A stretch of DNA of 31,667 nt, from IMG/VR virus record IMGVR_UViG_3300030376_001980, positions 1 through 31,667 of that record; one strand, 5' to 3'. Below are positions 8,995 to 18,834 of the stretch, piece after piece. The translations under genes were made by a program, and so were the position numbers. Below the pieces are notes generated by a model, which did no database searches, had not been told where the DNA came from, and worked only from the letters and a program-made list of their open reading frames with translations. How positions within the stretch are numbered: position 1 is the first letter of the stretch; each line of letters begins with the position of its first letter. Source of the DNA: a virus (lineage: Duplodnaviria; Caudoviricetes).

Positions 8995-11900
8995 CTGTTC
9001 TTCGGCTAATTCATCAACGCCATCATCTGTGGCTTCGACCTTTGTCTTAACCTCTTGTTCAGCGGCTTCTTCAGCGGGTGTCCTTAATGGATATGATAAC
9101 TTAGCACGCCCACCGTCAATGTCAATAGTGGCTGGACCTTCTTCAGGTTTGACTCGTATTGACAAGTGGTATGGCTGTTCAACAGGTTCCTCCTCTTCAG
9201 TATCTGAATTGGCCCCAATAGTAGTAGCATCATCATTTGTCAATTCAGTTGGACCTCTAGGGGCGGTAATATCCGCCTGCATTCCTGACCAAGCACCGCC
9301 ATCAGGGGATGCACCATTCATACGAGGATAGACGAAGTTTTCAATAATGTCATCGTCTATTGCCTCATTCAATGTCCACTTATCACCTTCTTCAGTGCGC
9401 TCTATGCCATATTCAGGACCATAGACTTCAATCATTTTTGGAGTAAGTCCTTTGACTTGTGTGCATAATTCATCGGAGGTCATTGACTCTTCTTCATCTT
9501 GTAATACACGCCTCACATGAGTCATCATATGGCCTTTATCTTCTCGATCACCACTATCATCTAACAATTCAGGCGCACGCAGAATGAGGTCGTCTTCCAT
9601 CTTCTTCCGCTTTCGTGGCCTCTTTTTCATTGCAGGTGCGGAATGAACAGGGCTGTGCGTTCCCCCTGTTGTTGATGTTACGGCCCCGCCGCCTCCGGCA
9701 ACAGCCCCTTCTTTCAACAATTCAATAGCCACAGGTCCCCATAACTTGAGTTGTGTCCTAGCGTGTTTAACAAGGGTGGTTGTCCCTCGATACAAGTCAA
9801 TGTCCATTGAATAACGACCATCAAACTCGCCCTTTACAATAACAGGCTTTAACAAACCGGGGTATTCCAGTATAATATCCCCGCCTTTGACCATGACCTC
9901 CGGCAGTGGACCATATGGTGTTGTCTTAGAAATCTCCTCACTAGCAAAGTGGACCCACTTAGGATGTGCCTCTTTTCCTTTGATGAAAGTCGAAGTAGCA
10001 TCTCTAATTAGTAAACCAGCCCCCCCTAACTCTTCAACAGCCTTACTTAGACCAGCATCATCAGTAGTAATGCACGACTTTGGCATTGGAAAACTGATAT
10101 GTTCATCTGAATGGTAAAGCGTTCTCAAAGCATTCAATCTGTCTTCTAGTGGTTCCATGTGCAGGTCAGTGCCTTTGTGAACCAATAAATCAACCACATG
10201 CAATTCGTTACCTTTCACATATGCATCAACAGTAAAGTCGCCTTCACGCTCTTTCAATGCCTTCTTGACCTTTGATGGTAAATCAAGTGGGTCAACTCTT
10301 TTGCCCTCTTTTTTCACAAGCATCCTTTTACCTTCAGGCATCTTTTGCACAACCCAATCGCCGCTAAAGCCCTTTATTGTGGATAGGTCATCTAAGTCAT
10401 ATACTGTGTGTGCTGGCTTGATCATAGTTTCAAACACACCTGTTGGCTCATAGTCATCCGCTTTACGAAGTGAGCCGTTCTGTATTGGTGCGTAACCAAA
10501 GCCATCGGCGGCTGATATTGCATTGATGTCTTTTTGTTTCGCTGGCAGATTAGACATTGGACCCATCAATGCGGGCGATATTGCTCTCACCAAATCAGCA
10601 TGTGCTGTCCTTTGAAGTATGTCGAAGGGTGAATCGGTAATGTTGTATGAGTATCCATTCTGTTCAGGGTCAAACCTCCAAGTCAAATTAGTCGGCATCT
10701 CATGACCCCAAGCATCAGTATCGCCGCTTACATATGTAGGGGGGACAACGGCGTGAGAATCAGGCGACACTGGTCCGACTGGACCCATGACTGATTTCAT
10801 TTCGGCGTTTGGTGCTAGAGTTTTGTATGACTCTCCCATTTGCATACGAAGCAAAGAATGATTCGCCGCCGCCGCAATTTGTTGAAGATTGCCTCGACAT
10901 ACTGCGTGGACCATAGGGTCTTCAGAACCCATTGGATTTAGGACCTGTGGGCCAAACTGTTGAATGACCTTTTGAGCGTGCTGTTGCATTACACGAGAAA
11001 TGTGGCTGTTTGATGCCCTGAAGTGTTCATTGTGATGTTTCCAATAATCATCAGTTGAGAATGGGTGTTCCTCACGGTTGAAACCAATTCTAGGCCCCCC
11101 CATGTCGGTCTGTGATGATAATGCACGGCCCAAATTAGATAGCATCAAAGCATCATCAGGGACATCTATACGGCCCCCTGTCAATTCTGATGGATGCTCA
11201 TGTAATCTGTTTGATGCCGCCGAATACATTGATAATCGCTTTTGATAGTCATTATCAGGGTCGAAGTGCGAACCTAGTGCCGCTCTAGCGGGATTGTCAA
11301 ACTCTAGTTGATTTACTGCACTAGGAAAATGTGAGCCGCCTAAATTGAACGGACCTTTTTCATCCATCTCGTGATTGATCAGATGCTCATTCATCCAACC
11401 ACCATTGAATATATCGGGGTATGTTTGACTGAATACACCGTCAAGGGATTCTATTCCACGACCAACTCCTCCCCAATACTGGTATGGTTCCCAATGATGA
11501 TAGGTCATTGAAGGGCTAATCCCCGCTTCAGTGGAAATGTATGGTGATAAGAAGTGTTCCAACTCCCCGCCGGGGTGTGGTTCAGTTGGGCCATGCCTAT
11601 CAGGGGACCTTTGCCACCACGATAGCATTGGGTTGAAACGCTCTCGCCAATTCCTCAAAGCACGACCCCAAGATATACCAGCCTTCTCTTGGAATTGATT
11701 TGCTATCCTCATTGCATCGGGTGACTTCGCATCAGATGTTTTTGACATTTCCTGAAGCAAATCCATGAAATTACTTCTTTGCATTTCGGTTTGCCATTCT
11801 AAACCAAAGAGCATAGGCAACATCCCGAATGATGTTGATAAATCATTTCGTTTGTTATCTGTATATTCCTCATCGCTTTGAAATGAATTACGATTACGAT

Positions 11901-12459
11901 CACGGGTGTAAAGGTCATGTTGACTTTCGATTGGCAACCCTAAGTAATCAACAACTCCCATTTCAGTGGTTGGAACATTGGACTTCACCTTTTCCTGTTC
12001 AGCCATAGATGGCAATTTTTCAATAGAACCCATGATGTGGTTTACATATTCAGGTTCCCCGTGTGCCGCACCGTGTAACATTGGGTTACAATTGGACTTG
12101 AAACCGAATGGGTGATGCTCGCCAAATGGATTGTCTTCAGCCGCTTGAGGCCAGTCCTGTGTGTAATCAGTTGTTACTTTGGCGTGACCTGAAAGGAAAT
12201 CCTTCATTGATTCAGGGATAACCATACTTGTCGCCGACATAGGACTGTTCAGGTTTCGCATTGAATAGGGCGGTTTTGAATCAGCGGCGGCTAGTGTTGA
12301 TGCAATCGCTATATCATTGCCCGCAGGCATACCCTCTTGGATTGCCTGCATGTAAGATGGAACATCAACATCTTTGAGTAATAGGATAGACAAGACAGTA
12401 TCGGTTCTTTTCAGAATCAATTCTTCTTGATTTTTATCCATCGAACCCCCCCTTATCAT
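8983..12459 (-). CDS. Large putative internal head protein with a degenerate ATP-dependent DNA ligase-like nucleotidyltransferase domain
   Basis: Around 9940-10460: DWVVQKMPEGKR (motif I-like), FTVDAYV (III-like), HVVDLL...PLEDRL (IIIa), GLLIRD (IV), KWVHF (V-like). The N-terminal ~660 aa are unrecognised and the C-terminus is acidic. Confidence 0.65.
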   Translation of the reverse strand: MIRGGSMDKNQEELILKRTDTVLSILLLKDVDVPSYMQAIQEGMPAGNDIAIASTLAAADSKPPYSMRNLNSPMSATSMVIPESMKDFLSGHAKVTTDYTQDWPQAAEDNPFGEHHPFGFKSNCNPMLHGAAHGEPEYVNHIMGSIEKLPSMAEQEKVKSNVPTTEMGVVDYLGLPIESQHDLYTRDRNRNSFQSDEEYTDNKRNDLSTSFGMLPMLFGLEWQTEMQRSNFMDLLQEMSKTSDAKSPDAMRIANQFQEKAGISWGRALRNWRERFNPMLSWWQRSPDRHGPTEPHPGGELEHFLSPYISTEAGISPSMTYHHWEPYQYWGGVGRGIESLDGVFSQTYPDIFNGGWMNEHLINHEMDEKGPFNLGGSHFPSAVNQLEFDNPARAALGSHFDPDNDYQKRLSMYSAASNRLHEHPSELTGGRIDVPDDALMLSNLGRALSSQTDMGGPRIGFNREEHPFSTDDYWKHHNEHFRASNSHISRVMQQHAQKVIQQFGPQVLNPMGSEDPMVHAVCRGNLQQIAAAANHSLLRMQMGESYKTLAPNAEMKSVMGPVGPVSPDSHAVVPPTYVSGDTDAWGHEMPTNLTWRFDPEQNGYSYNITDSPFDILQRTAHADLVRAISPALMGPMSNLPAKQKDINAISAADGFGYAPIQNGSLRKADDYEPTGVFETMIKPAHTVYDLDDLSTIKGFSGDWVVQKMPEGKRMLVKKEGKRVDPLDLPSKVKKALKEREGDFTVDAYVKGNELHVVDLLVHKGTDLHMEPLEDRLNALRTLYHSDEHISFPMPKSCITTDDAGLSKAVEELGGAGLLIRDATSTFIKGKEAHPKWVHFASEEISKTTPYGPLPEVMVKGGDIILEYPGLLKPVIVKGEFDGRYSMDIDLYRGTTTLVKHARTQLKLWGPVAIELLKEGAVAGGGGAVTSTTGGTHSPVHSAPAMKKRPRKRKKMEDDLILRAPELLDDSGDREDKGHMMTHVRRVLQDEEESMTSDELCTQVKGLTPKMIEVYGPEYGIERTEEGDKWTLNEAIDDDIIENFVYPRMNGASPDGGAWSGMQADITAPRGPTELTNDDATTIGANSDTEEEEPVEQPYHLSIRVKPEEGPATIDIDGGRAKLSYPLRTPAEEAAEQEVKTKVEATDDGVDELAEEQLMS

Positions 12460-12911
12460 AGGCGAGTTTCAATTTGTTTGAGCAAATCCTCTATTTCATT
12501 GATAACCTGCATATCTTCGGCAGTAGCACTTTTCTTGATCGTCGTCAACTTGCTCATTGAGTCTTCAACCGAATCACGATACATACCCTTAGTTGTTCCA
12601 CCATCATTCATGTGCATGTGCAAAGATGAACCTTTAGCATCATAACCTGTTTGATAAGATGCGGGCATTGAATAAACTTCACTAATTGGTTTTGATGCCG
12701 GTGCTGAATCTGAATATGCGGGATAAACTTGGTTTGTTGAATAGCCAGTGGCGGCTTGAACAGGCACTCCTCCTGCGTGGTCCATGAACATCGGAACGCC
12801 GTTTTCGACGGATGGTTCCTGTTGATACTTGAGTATGTCTAATTCCATTTTTAGAACATTCTTCAATACATTGCCTTCAAGGGTTTCGGAGGGGTCGTGC
12901 CATTCAATCAT
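12456..12911 (-). CDS. Hypothetical prohead-associated protein
   Basis: 151 aa, coupled overlaps with neighbours, C-terminal amphipathic helix, VLKN/ILKY motifs. Confidence 0.65.
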   Translation of the reverse strand: MIEWHDPSETLEGNVLKNVLKMELDILKYQQEPSVENGVPMFMDHAGGVPVQAATGYSTNQVYPAYSDSAPASKPISEVYSMPASYQTGYDAKGSSLHMHMNDGGTTKGMYRDSVEDSMSKLTTIKKSATAEDMQVINEIEDLLKQIETRL

Positions 12912-13243
12912 TGTCGCATCACCTGTTGTTCAGCATTTTTCCATTCCTCTAGTTGGTCATACCTTGACTTTTGGAATGTATCACCTGCCCCTTGAAACGG
13001 ACCTGCGAAAGATTGCGAGCCATCACTAACATCACGCTGTAATGGGTCATATGCTTCATCGGCCATTGGGGTGACGACCTTCAGCCAACCTGCTTTACGC
13101 ATCAGTGTTTCAGGGTCATCAAGGGATTTTGTTAGCATTAGGTTTTGTGATTCTAATGATACTACACGCTCTCGCAATTCCCTAATCTCCTCGACCATTT
13201 CCTTCATGAGGTCAATTTCGGCTTGCTTTTGCTCATCACTCAT
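12908..13243 (-). CDS. Coiled-coil hypothetical protein
   Basis: Heptad-rich LMKEMVEEIRELRERVVSLESQN; ATGA overlap. Confidence 0.65.
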   Translation of the reverse strand: MSDEQKQAEIDLMKEMVEEIRELRERVVSLESQNLMLTKSLDDPETLMRKAGWLKVVTPMADEAYDPLQRDVSDGSQSFAGPFQGAGDTFQKSRYDQLEEWKNAEQQVMRQ

Positions 13244-13249
13244 TTGGCA

Positions 13250-13768
13250 TCACATCGCTTCTTGTGGCATTGTTGCCGCATCTTGTGGTGGCATTGGTTG
13301 AGGCATATTCATTGGGTCTTGTTGCATTGATGCCGCCATCATTGGGTCATTTACGGGTGGTCCGTGTTGACCTAGTGATGCGTGCATCTCCTTTATCATG
13401 GCTAAATCCTGCAATAGGCTCAATTGCTTTTGCCTCATTTTTTCAACATCACCCTGCATTGCTAAAGTGGGTTCAGGGGCAATGCCTGTTGCTCGACTTT
13501 GTGAAAGTAATTGTCCAACACTAGCAAACATGTCAGCGAGGCCTTGAATGCCCGAATCCATTTCATCAAGCATACTTCCTATTGCCGATTTAGGAGGTGC
13601 GGGTGGCATACCCATTGGAGGCATACCTGCATCCATTCCCGGCATTTGACCGGCTGGTGAAGGCATTGGAGGCATCATAGCCTGCTTGATGATCAAGCCG
13701 TTGTATGCTTCGCCTTCATGACGGAATCTAGGAGATACCGATTTGCTGTTACCCTCATCCCAATACAT
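13250..13768 (-). CDS. M/P/Q-rich low-complexity protein with helical core
   Basis: 172 aa with GAGGTG RBS; Met/Pro tracts flank two predicted helices. Confidence 0.65.
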   Translation of the reverse strand: MYWDEGNSKSVSPRFRHEGEAYNGLIIKQAMMPPMPSPAGQMPGMDAGMPPMGMPPAPPKSAIGSMLDEMDSGIQGLADMFASVGQLLSQSRATGIAPEPTLAMQGDVEKMRQKQLSLLQDLAMIKEMHASLGQHGPPVNDPMMAASMQQDPMNMPQPMPPQDAATMPQEAM

Positions 13769-13777
13769 TTAGACACC

Positions 13778-14152
13778 TCAAAATACACGGTGGGGGCGCA
13801 TGATTTGTGTTGAACGACCTTTACGAGATACGCCCATTACAACACCGTCTTCGCTACCCTCATAATCAGAATCTTTTGCTTTGAATTGATGTAGGTTTCC
13901 AACGGACTTTTGAAGTTGGCTGGAATCAGTCGCCGAGGTGAAAGACTTCTGTAATCTGTCGTGCAAATCCAAGTCGGATTTCAACTGCGATAGAGCATTT
14001 TGTGCCGCTTCTAAATGCTTGGCGACATCATCTCTATTGTTATGCTGTATTGCATTTTGCATAGATTCAACTTGTGACAAAGCACGGCGGGCCATAGGGT
14101 CCATTTTACTGATTATTCCAAAATCTCCAATCGTTTCGTTCATCTCGACCAC
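13778..14152 (-). CDS. Coiled-coil hypothetical protein downstream of portal
   Basis: 124 aa helical-hairpin pattern with two LQKS motifs. Confidence 0.65.
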   Translation of the reverse strand: MVEMNETIGDFGIISKMDPMARRALSQVESMQNAIQHNNRDDVAKHLEAAQNALSQLKSDLDLHDRLQKSFTSATDSSQLQKSVGNLHQFKAKDSDYEGSEDGVVMGVSRKGRSTQIMRPHRVF

Positions 14153-14176
14153 TCCATCCGATGACTAGGTCCCTCT

Positions 14177-15994
14177 TTATCGTTGCCCCTTTGAACCGGC
14201 TCTCCGTTCCATTTGATTCAACTTGTTGTCAACTGCTCTTTCGCCTGCGGTTTTGAAGTCCCTGTCGTCGCCTTTCGTTGATGACAAGGCTGGCTCTCCT
14301 TCAACCCTTTTGATATGATCGGGAGATTGACCAGCACCACTTCTATCACCTGTTTGGCTAGCACCAACTGTTCTCAATGGAGGTATTCCATTCGCCGCAT
14401 TTACAGCCGCCGCTTCGGGGATTACCAATGAGCCACCCCTATTTGGAGTAAACTCGGTTCGTTTGAATAACATTTCAGGAGTCATTTCGATTTGGTCCCT
14501 GCTTGTTTGAACAGGACCGCCCTGCTGTTGACCTCCTCCCTGCTGTGCTTCTTGTGCCGCTTGTTGAGCCGCCGCCACCTCTTGAGGGTTAGGTTGTTTG
14601 TAATCAAACTCTAGCATTTCATTGTCGGTTCCATCTCTCAATTTAGCATCGAAGCCAGCCTGTTTCATCTGCATCATGTTACGAATCGCCATCTCATCTC
14701 GCCTTAGAGTCATAATCTCATCCTCTTCTTCATGCGGACTTAATGATAATGTCCATTCGCTGATAGTAAATGCGCTCATCAAAGCCGGGAATAGAACGGT
14801 GTTGTAAATGGACTGTGCGTATGCAACTGACCTATTGCTGACAACGATTTGCATTCCCTCGTTATTCAAACCACCGCCGGATACATCATTCATAAAGACA
14901 TTTGACACGCCAAAGAATGCGGCGATGCGCTGTCTGATGTCATCCTTGATCGGTATATATTGTAACTCTTCTAGCGTGTCCATCATACGAACATACTCAA
15001 GACCGCCACGACCTGATTCGGTTTCAACACCAACTGTTGGAATGTAATTCGGGTCCCTTTCAAGATGCTCTTGTATATTCCTAGCGGTTCTTTCAACGGT
15101 TTCAAGATTGGAGGATTTGATGACCATTACTCCACGAGGCATTCTTCGCTTCTGATATGCTGAATAAACATAGTTATCCATTGCTATCAGTGTATTTACC
15201 TGCCTCCACATAGTAGCAATAGGACTTCGGCCATAGAGTTTTGAGGGGGACCATTTGCTGATATGCACGATTTCGTCATCAGTATAAACCTGACCAGCAC
15301 CCACGCCAGCGAGGTTCATGTAATGGATAGGGACTACTGCCATCCCAGTCTTTGGACACTTTGCATCTTTGTCGGATGTTCTAAAAGAGCGGTCAACCAA
15401 ACTGGTATATTGCCTGCCTCCACGAACACCACGCTTATCAGCAACAATACGCATGAAGATAGGGTCGGCACGAGTAATTTCCTTGATTCGATAAAACTGT
15501 GGTTTTTTAGTTGCGGGGTCGATAAAGTATTCCTTTGTCAATACAAGATAGGCATCATCAACAATGTTCAAATCCATCTCTATTTCACGAAGAACCTCGA
15601 TGAATGACTGACGCATTCTATTGTTTTCATTAAGAATTATGTCGGCATATTCTAGTTGCTCTTTATCGGGCGGTCTTACCTCTCCCCCGCATTTCTCACA
15701 AGTTTCTATTTCTTGTTTATACTCTTCATCGCATTGACGGCACTTAACAACAAACTTAGGTTTCCACGCCCAACCCTTTCTAAAGGTTTCAACATTCAAG
15801 TGGTTAAGGATTGATCGGAGAACAACGCATTCATACGCCGCCGCATACAAAGCCGGGATAGTAATCCCTTGAAGCAATGGCGGTTCCTGAACACCACTTG
15901 TAAACAGCGGCATTGCTGGCACTGGCGTTGTATGGCGTTCCATATCAACTCCAATAGCGGAGAACAGTCGTTCCATTCGCTTGGAATTAGACAT
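14177..15994 (-). CDS. Portal protein with zinc-ribbon insertion
   Basis: ORF track gives 14177..16000; ATG at 15994 has GGAGG 9 nt upstream. Portal-like DLNIVDDAYL, EIVHI...LYGRSPI, MPRGV, RIAAFFGV; CRQC...CEKC insert; disordered C-terminal tail. Confidence 0.88.
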   Translation of the reverse strand: MSNSKRMERLFSAIGVDMERHTTPVPAMPLFTSGVQEPPLLQGITIPALYAAAYECVVLRSILNHLNVETFRKGWAWKPKFVVKCRQCDEEYKQEIETCEKCGGEVRPPDKEQLEYADIILNENNRMRQSFIEVLREIEMDLNIVDDAYLVLTKEYFIDPATKKPQFYRIKEITRADPIFMRIVADKRGVRGGRQYTSLVDRSFRTSDKDAKCPKTGMAVVPIHYMNLAGVGAGQVYTDDEIVHISKWSPSKLYGRSPIATMWRQVNTLIAMDNYVYSAYQKRRMPRGVMVIKSSNLETVERTARNIQEHLERDPNYIPTVGVETESGRGGLEYVRMMDTLEELQYIPIKDDIRQRIAAFFGVSNVFMNDVSGGGLNNEGMQIVVSNRSVAYAQSIYNTVLFPALMSAFTISEWTLSLSPHEEEDEIMTLRRDEMAIRNMMQMKQAGFDAKLRDGTDNEMLEFDYKQPNPQEVAAAQQAAQEAQQGGGQQQGGPVQTSRDQIEMTPEMLFKRTEFTPNRGGSLVIPEAAAVNAANGIPPLRTVGASQTGDRSGAGQSPDHIKRVEGEPALSSTKGDDRDFKTAGERAVDNKLNQMERRAGSKGQR

Positions 15995-17426
15995 CAGCAA
16001 CCACCTCCTTCAAGACAGTATCAAAACTTTCAATGGACCAATTCCATGATTTCATCATTTCCATCTGACTTGAAGGCAATGCGTAATTGAATGCCAAAAG
16101 TTTCTGTGCATTTTCATTACCATCTAACGCCTTCTTCATAATAATGGCATCATTCTTCTTTTCATTCATGGATGGTATTGCCCATTCAAGTGCTTTCTGA
16201 ACAGCAAAGTCACCTTCGATAATCAATGATGAACCCTCCGCCCTGACATTCCTGACACCCATCTCACTCTTAACAGCGTTGGCATAGGCAGGTGCATTCA
16301 AACTAGAAAACTGCATTGTCAATCTAGGCTCGCCACGAGGCCCAATACCCAACTCGCCGCTAGTATCTAACAATGAGCCAACTAAACGGCCAACATTTTT
16401 GATTACAACATCAGGTCTATCGATGTCATAGAACAGACTTCGTTCATCAGCCCTAGTCCCTTGACCCGCTGTAACAATATCGAATAGGAAACCGTGTGAT
16501 TTTATCAACTTGGCAATTTCCTTTGAAGGAGATGATACGCCATATGATTGAAGAGTTTGTGCGTTCATTGGCCCACGCTCATACATAACTTCGGAACATC
16601 GCTCAAGGATTGCATTCTCACGAGTCGAGAGCCTTGCTGATTTGTCAATGCGATTCCTCCAAAGATTGTATGCTTTATCTTTTGTATCCTGATCATCGCC
16701 AGCCCAAGCCTTTGCTAATTGTAAAAATGAAATACGAAGCCTATCACTATTCTTACTTAGATGGGCATAATCAGTATCCTGCAATGGCAGGTCGTTTACA
16801 ATTTCAGGGTCAACGCCTTCATACTGTTTTACTATTGCTTTGCGTTCTTCTATGATTAGAGGTTGGATTTTTTCTAGCACATCATGTGCTTCTGCCTTAA
16901 CCAGTATTTCAGTAATCTTCGCACTACTCATTCCAAAGTTATCGACAAACCAAGACTTTGATACTCCCACTATTGGCACTTCCGCATTAATCGGGGGTGG
17001 GGCTTCAGAACCATCAGTTTCGGCGGGGGCTGAACCACTTAATTCGTTTTTCATGCCCCTAACACCTGCCCCTTCCCTCGGACCACCATAGTCCTCCGGT
17101 TTGATTGAATCCAATAATGATTGCGAGTCGCCACCGGGTTCAACAGGCATTTCAGGTTCAACAGGTGGTGTTCCGTCTATGGCGGGCGGTTCAACCGATG
17201 CTTCTGCTTCTTGTTCTTCGGCACTAGCCACCTCCTCTTCAGCCTGACGAGTTTCCTTTTCAGCGTTTGCCAACTTCTTCCGTGCTTCGCTTAACAAAGC
17301 ACCGCCGACAGCAACGGCTTTTGCACCACGACCATACGGGTTATCCTGTCTGACATTCGGGTTAAACTTACGCAGTGCATCGACTAATGACTCAACACCA
17401 ATCACCGCTTCTATTCTATCACGCAT
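15987..17426 (-). CDS. Protein with acidic N-terminal region, winged-helix-like domain and degenerate LAGLIDADG-like domain
   Basis: Likely start ATG 17426 overlapping the terminase stop (track gives 17462). C-terminal VGSLLDTSGELGI...PRLTM...AVQKALEWAIPSMNEKKNDA follows the LAGLIDADG-fold pattern. Confidence 0.6.
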   Translation of the reverse strand: MRDRIEAVIGVESLVDALRKFNPNVRQDNPYGRGAKAVAVGGALLSEARKKLANAEKETRQAEEEVASAEEQEAEASVEPPAIDGTPPVEPEMPVEPGGDSQSLLDSIKPEDYGGPREGAGVRGMKNELSGSAPAETDGSEAPPPINAEVPIVGVSKSWFVDNFGMSSAKITEILVKAEAHDVLEKIQPLIIEERKAIVKQYEGVDPEIVNDLPLQDTDYAHLSKNSDRLRISFLQLAKAWAGDDQDTKDKAYNLWRNRIDKSARLSTRENAILERCSEVMYERGPMNAQTLQSYGVSSPSKEIAKLIKSHGFLFDIVTAGQGTRADERSLFYDIDRPDVVIKNVGRLVGSLLDTSGELGIGPRGEPRLTMQFSSLNAPAYANAVKSEMGVRNVRAEGSSLIIEGDFAVQKALEWAIPSMNEKKNDAIIMKKALDGNENAQKLLAFNYALPSSQMEMMKSWNWSIESFDTVLKEVVADV

Positions 17427-18834
17427 CAGCCCACCCCAGTCTTTTACTCCATGTGTCCGCATCGAGGATTACAATGTTATCCCTGTATTCCTTAGTTGCT
17501 TGCACGGACAAAGCAAGTGCTATAACCATATCGTCATGTGCGCCCAAACTCTCCATTCTGCCATTTTCAAGCATAGTGAATGTTGACAATTCGGTAATTA
17601 GGTTATTCATATGACGCAATGTCGAACCCTCGTCTTTGTAAGGAATTACTAAATGACCCTGTTCAAAATGCAACTGCAATGTATGGATTAACGCCTCTTT
17701 CTTCATTCGGCTCATATTGAAAGGTTTGATAGGTAAATCACTTATTTCTTTCAACACTTGGTTAAATGCAACAGCGAAGTTATTTGTTTCCAATTCTATA
17801 ATTACTGGATTAAAACGAGCATTCAATTCAATGATTTTATCAATCTGACTACTGAAGTCCATTCCCTTTTCGTGATGAGTATGAATGACCCTCTTATGCC
17901 TGTTTTCATCCATAGCGATAACCATCATACAGGTATAATCTGCTTTTCTATTGGCACTAATCGCAGGGTCCCAGCCAATATAGTAATTGAGATTTTCTTC
18001 AGGGTCGGGATAATAGGAGAGGGATAATGAATTGTCTTTTGCATTTGCGATCATTTCTTCAGGGAATAAACTCTCTTCACTTGACAACGGTTGACATAGA
18101 TACTCACGAGTAAACGCAATCGATGTCATTTCATTGCGTCTTGAGTTTAATGCGTCAAGATTCCACCGTTCAGGCCATAGCGGTTCTCCTGTTCGCTCAT
18201 TGATTGCAGGGTATTCTCTAACTTCATATCCGCTCAAGCCTTTCAATTCAGCATACAGGTCAGTAAACGAGAATGGCGTTCCAACAATACACAACTGTGC
18301 CGTGTGGTGCAATACCGGCAATAGAGCGGTATAGAACCATTGGGCAACCGACTTTAATTGCGTTGCCGCTTCACTGGACAATATATCGTCAAGCACTACG
18401 ATGTCAGGGTGCGCCCCACGAACCGCTTTACCAACAGACATAGCCCGAATTGATGATTTGTTTGTAAACTTGAATAGTTGCTTTGCCCATCCACGCTTTG
18501 GTTTCAGATGTGCTAATGCTGGAATAGTCATAATTAACTCATCCATCTTTGCCATGTGGTCAATAGATTGGTGCTGACTATGTGAAAAGAATAAAACTTC
18601 AGTGCCGGGGTTGTATGCCATTTTCCATAGAAGATAGCATCGATAGAATACAGACTTGCCGTGATCACGAGATGCAATAACGCAGGTCTTGGCGTTTTGT
18701 TCAGACATCTCATACCATTCCTTATGGAAATGCGCTAGTTGAAAACCGCATATATCCTCAAAGAAGTATTTGAAATCTCTTCGACCCATCTCAAAGTCAA
18801 CTTTGCCAGTCAACTCAAGTAAGGGGTTACTCAC
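17419..18834 (-). CDS. terL: Terminase large subunit
   Basis: Walker A ASRDHGKS, Walker B IVVLDD, coupling motif VGT, nuclease motifs IGWDPA and HDDMVIALAL. Confidence 0.95.
   Translation of the reverse strand: MSNPLLELTGKVDFEMGRRDFKYFFEDICGFQLAHFHKEWYEMSEQNAKTCVIASRDHGKSVFYRCYLLWKMAYNPGTEVLFFSHSQHQSIDHMAKMDELIMTIPALAHLKPKRGWAKQLFKFTNKSSIRAMSVGKAVRGAHPDIVVLDDILSSEAATQLKSVAQWFYTALLPVLHHTAQLCIVGTPFSFTDLYAELKGLSGYEVREYPAINERTGEPLWPERWNLDALNSRRNEMTSIAFTREYLCQPLSSEESLFPEEMIANAKDNSLSLSYYPDPEENLNYYIGWDPAISANRKADYTCMMVIAMDENRHKRVIHTHHEKGMDFSSQIDKIIELNARFNPVIIELETNNFAVAFNQVLKEISDLPIKPFNMSRMKKEALIHTLQLHFEQGHLVIPYKDEGSTLRHMNNLITELSTFTMLENGRMESLGAHDDMVIALALSVQATKEYRDNIVILDADTWSKRLGWADA

Noticed and set aside
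9940-10460. Calling the large gene a standard DNA ligase (lig)
   Set aside because: Several catalytic motif residues are altered and the domain is a minor part of a head-module protein.
15987-18834. Intein or intron-encoded homing endonuclease in terL
   Set aside because: terL is intact at 471 aa with no splice motifs, and the LAGLIDADG-like domain is in a separate ORF.
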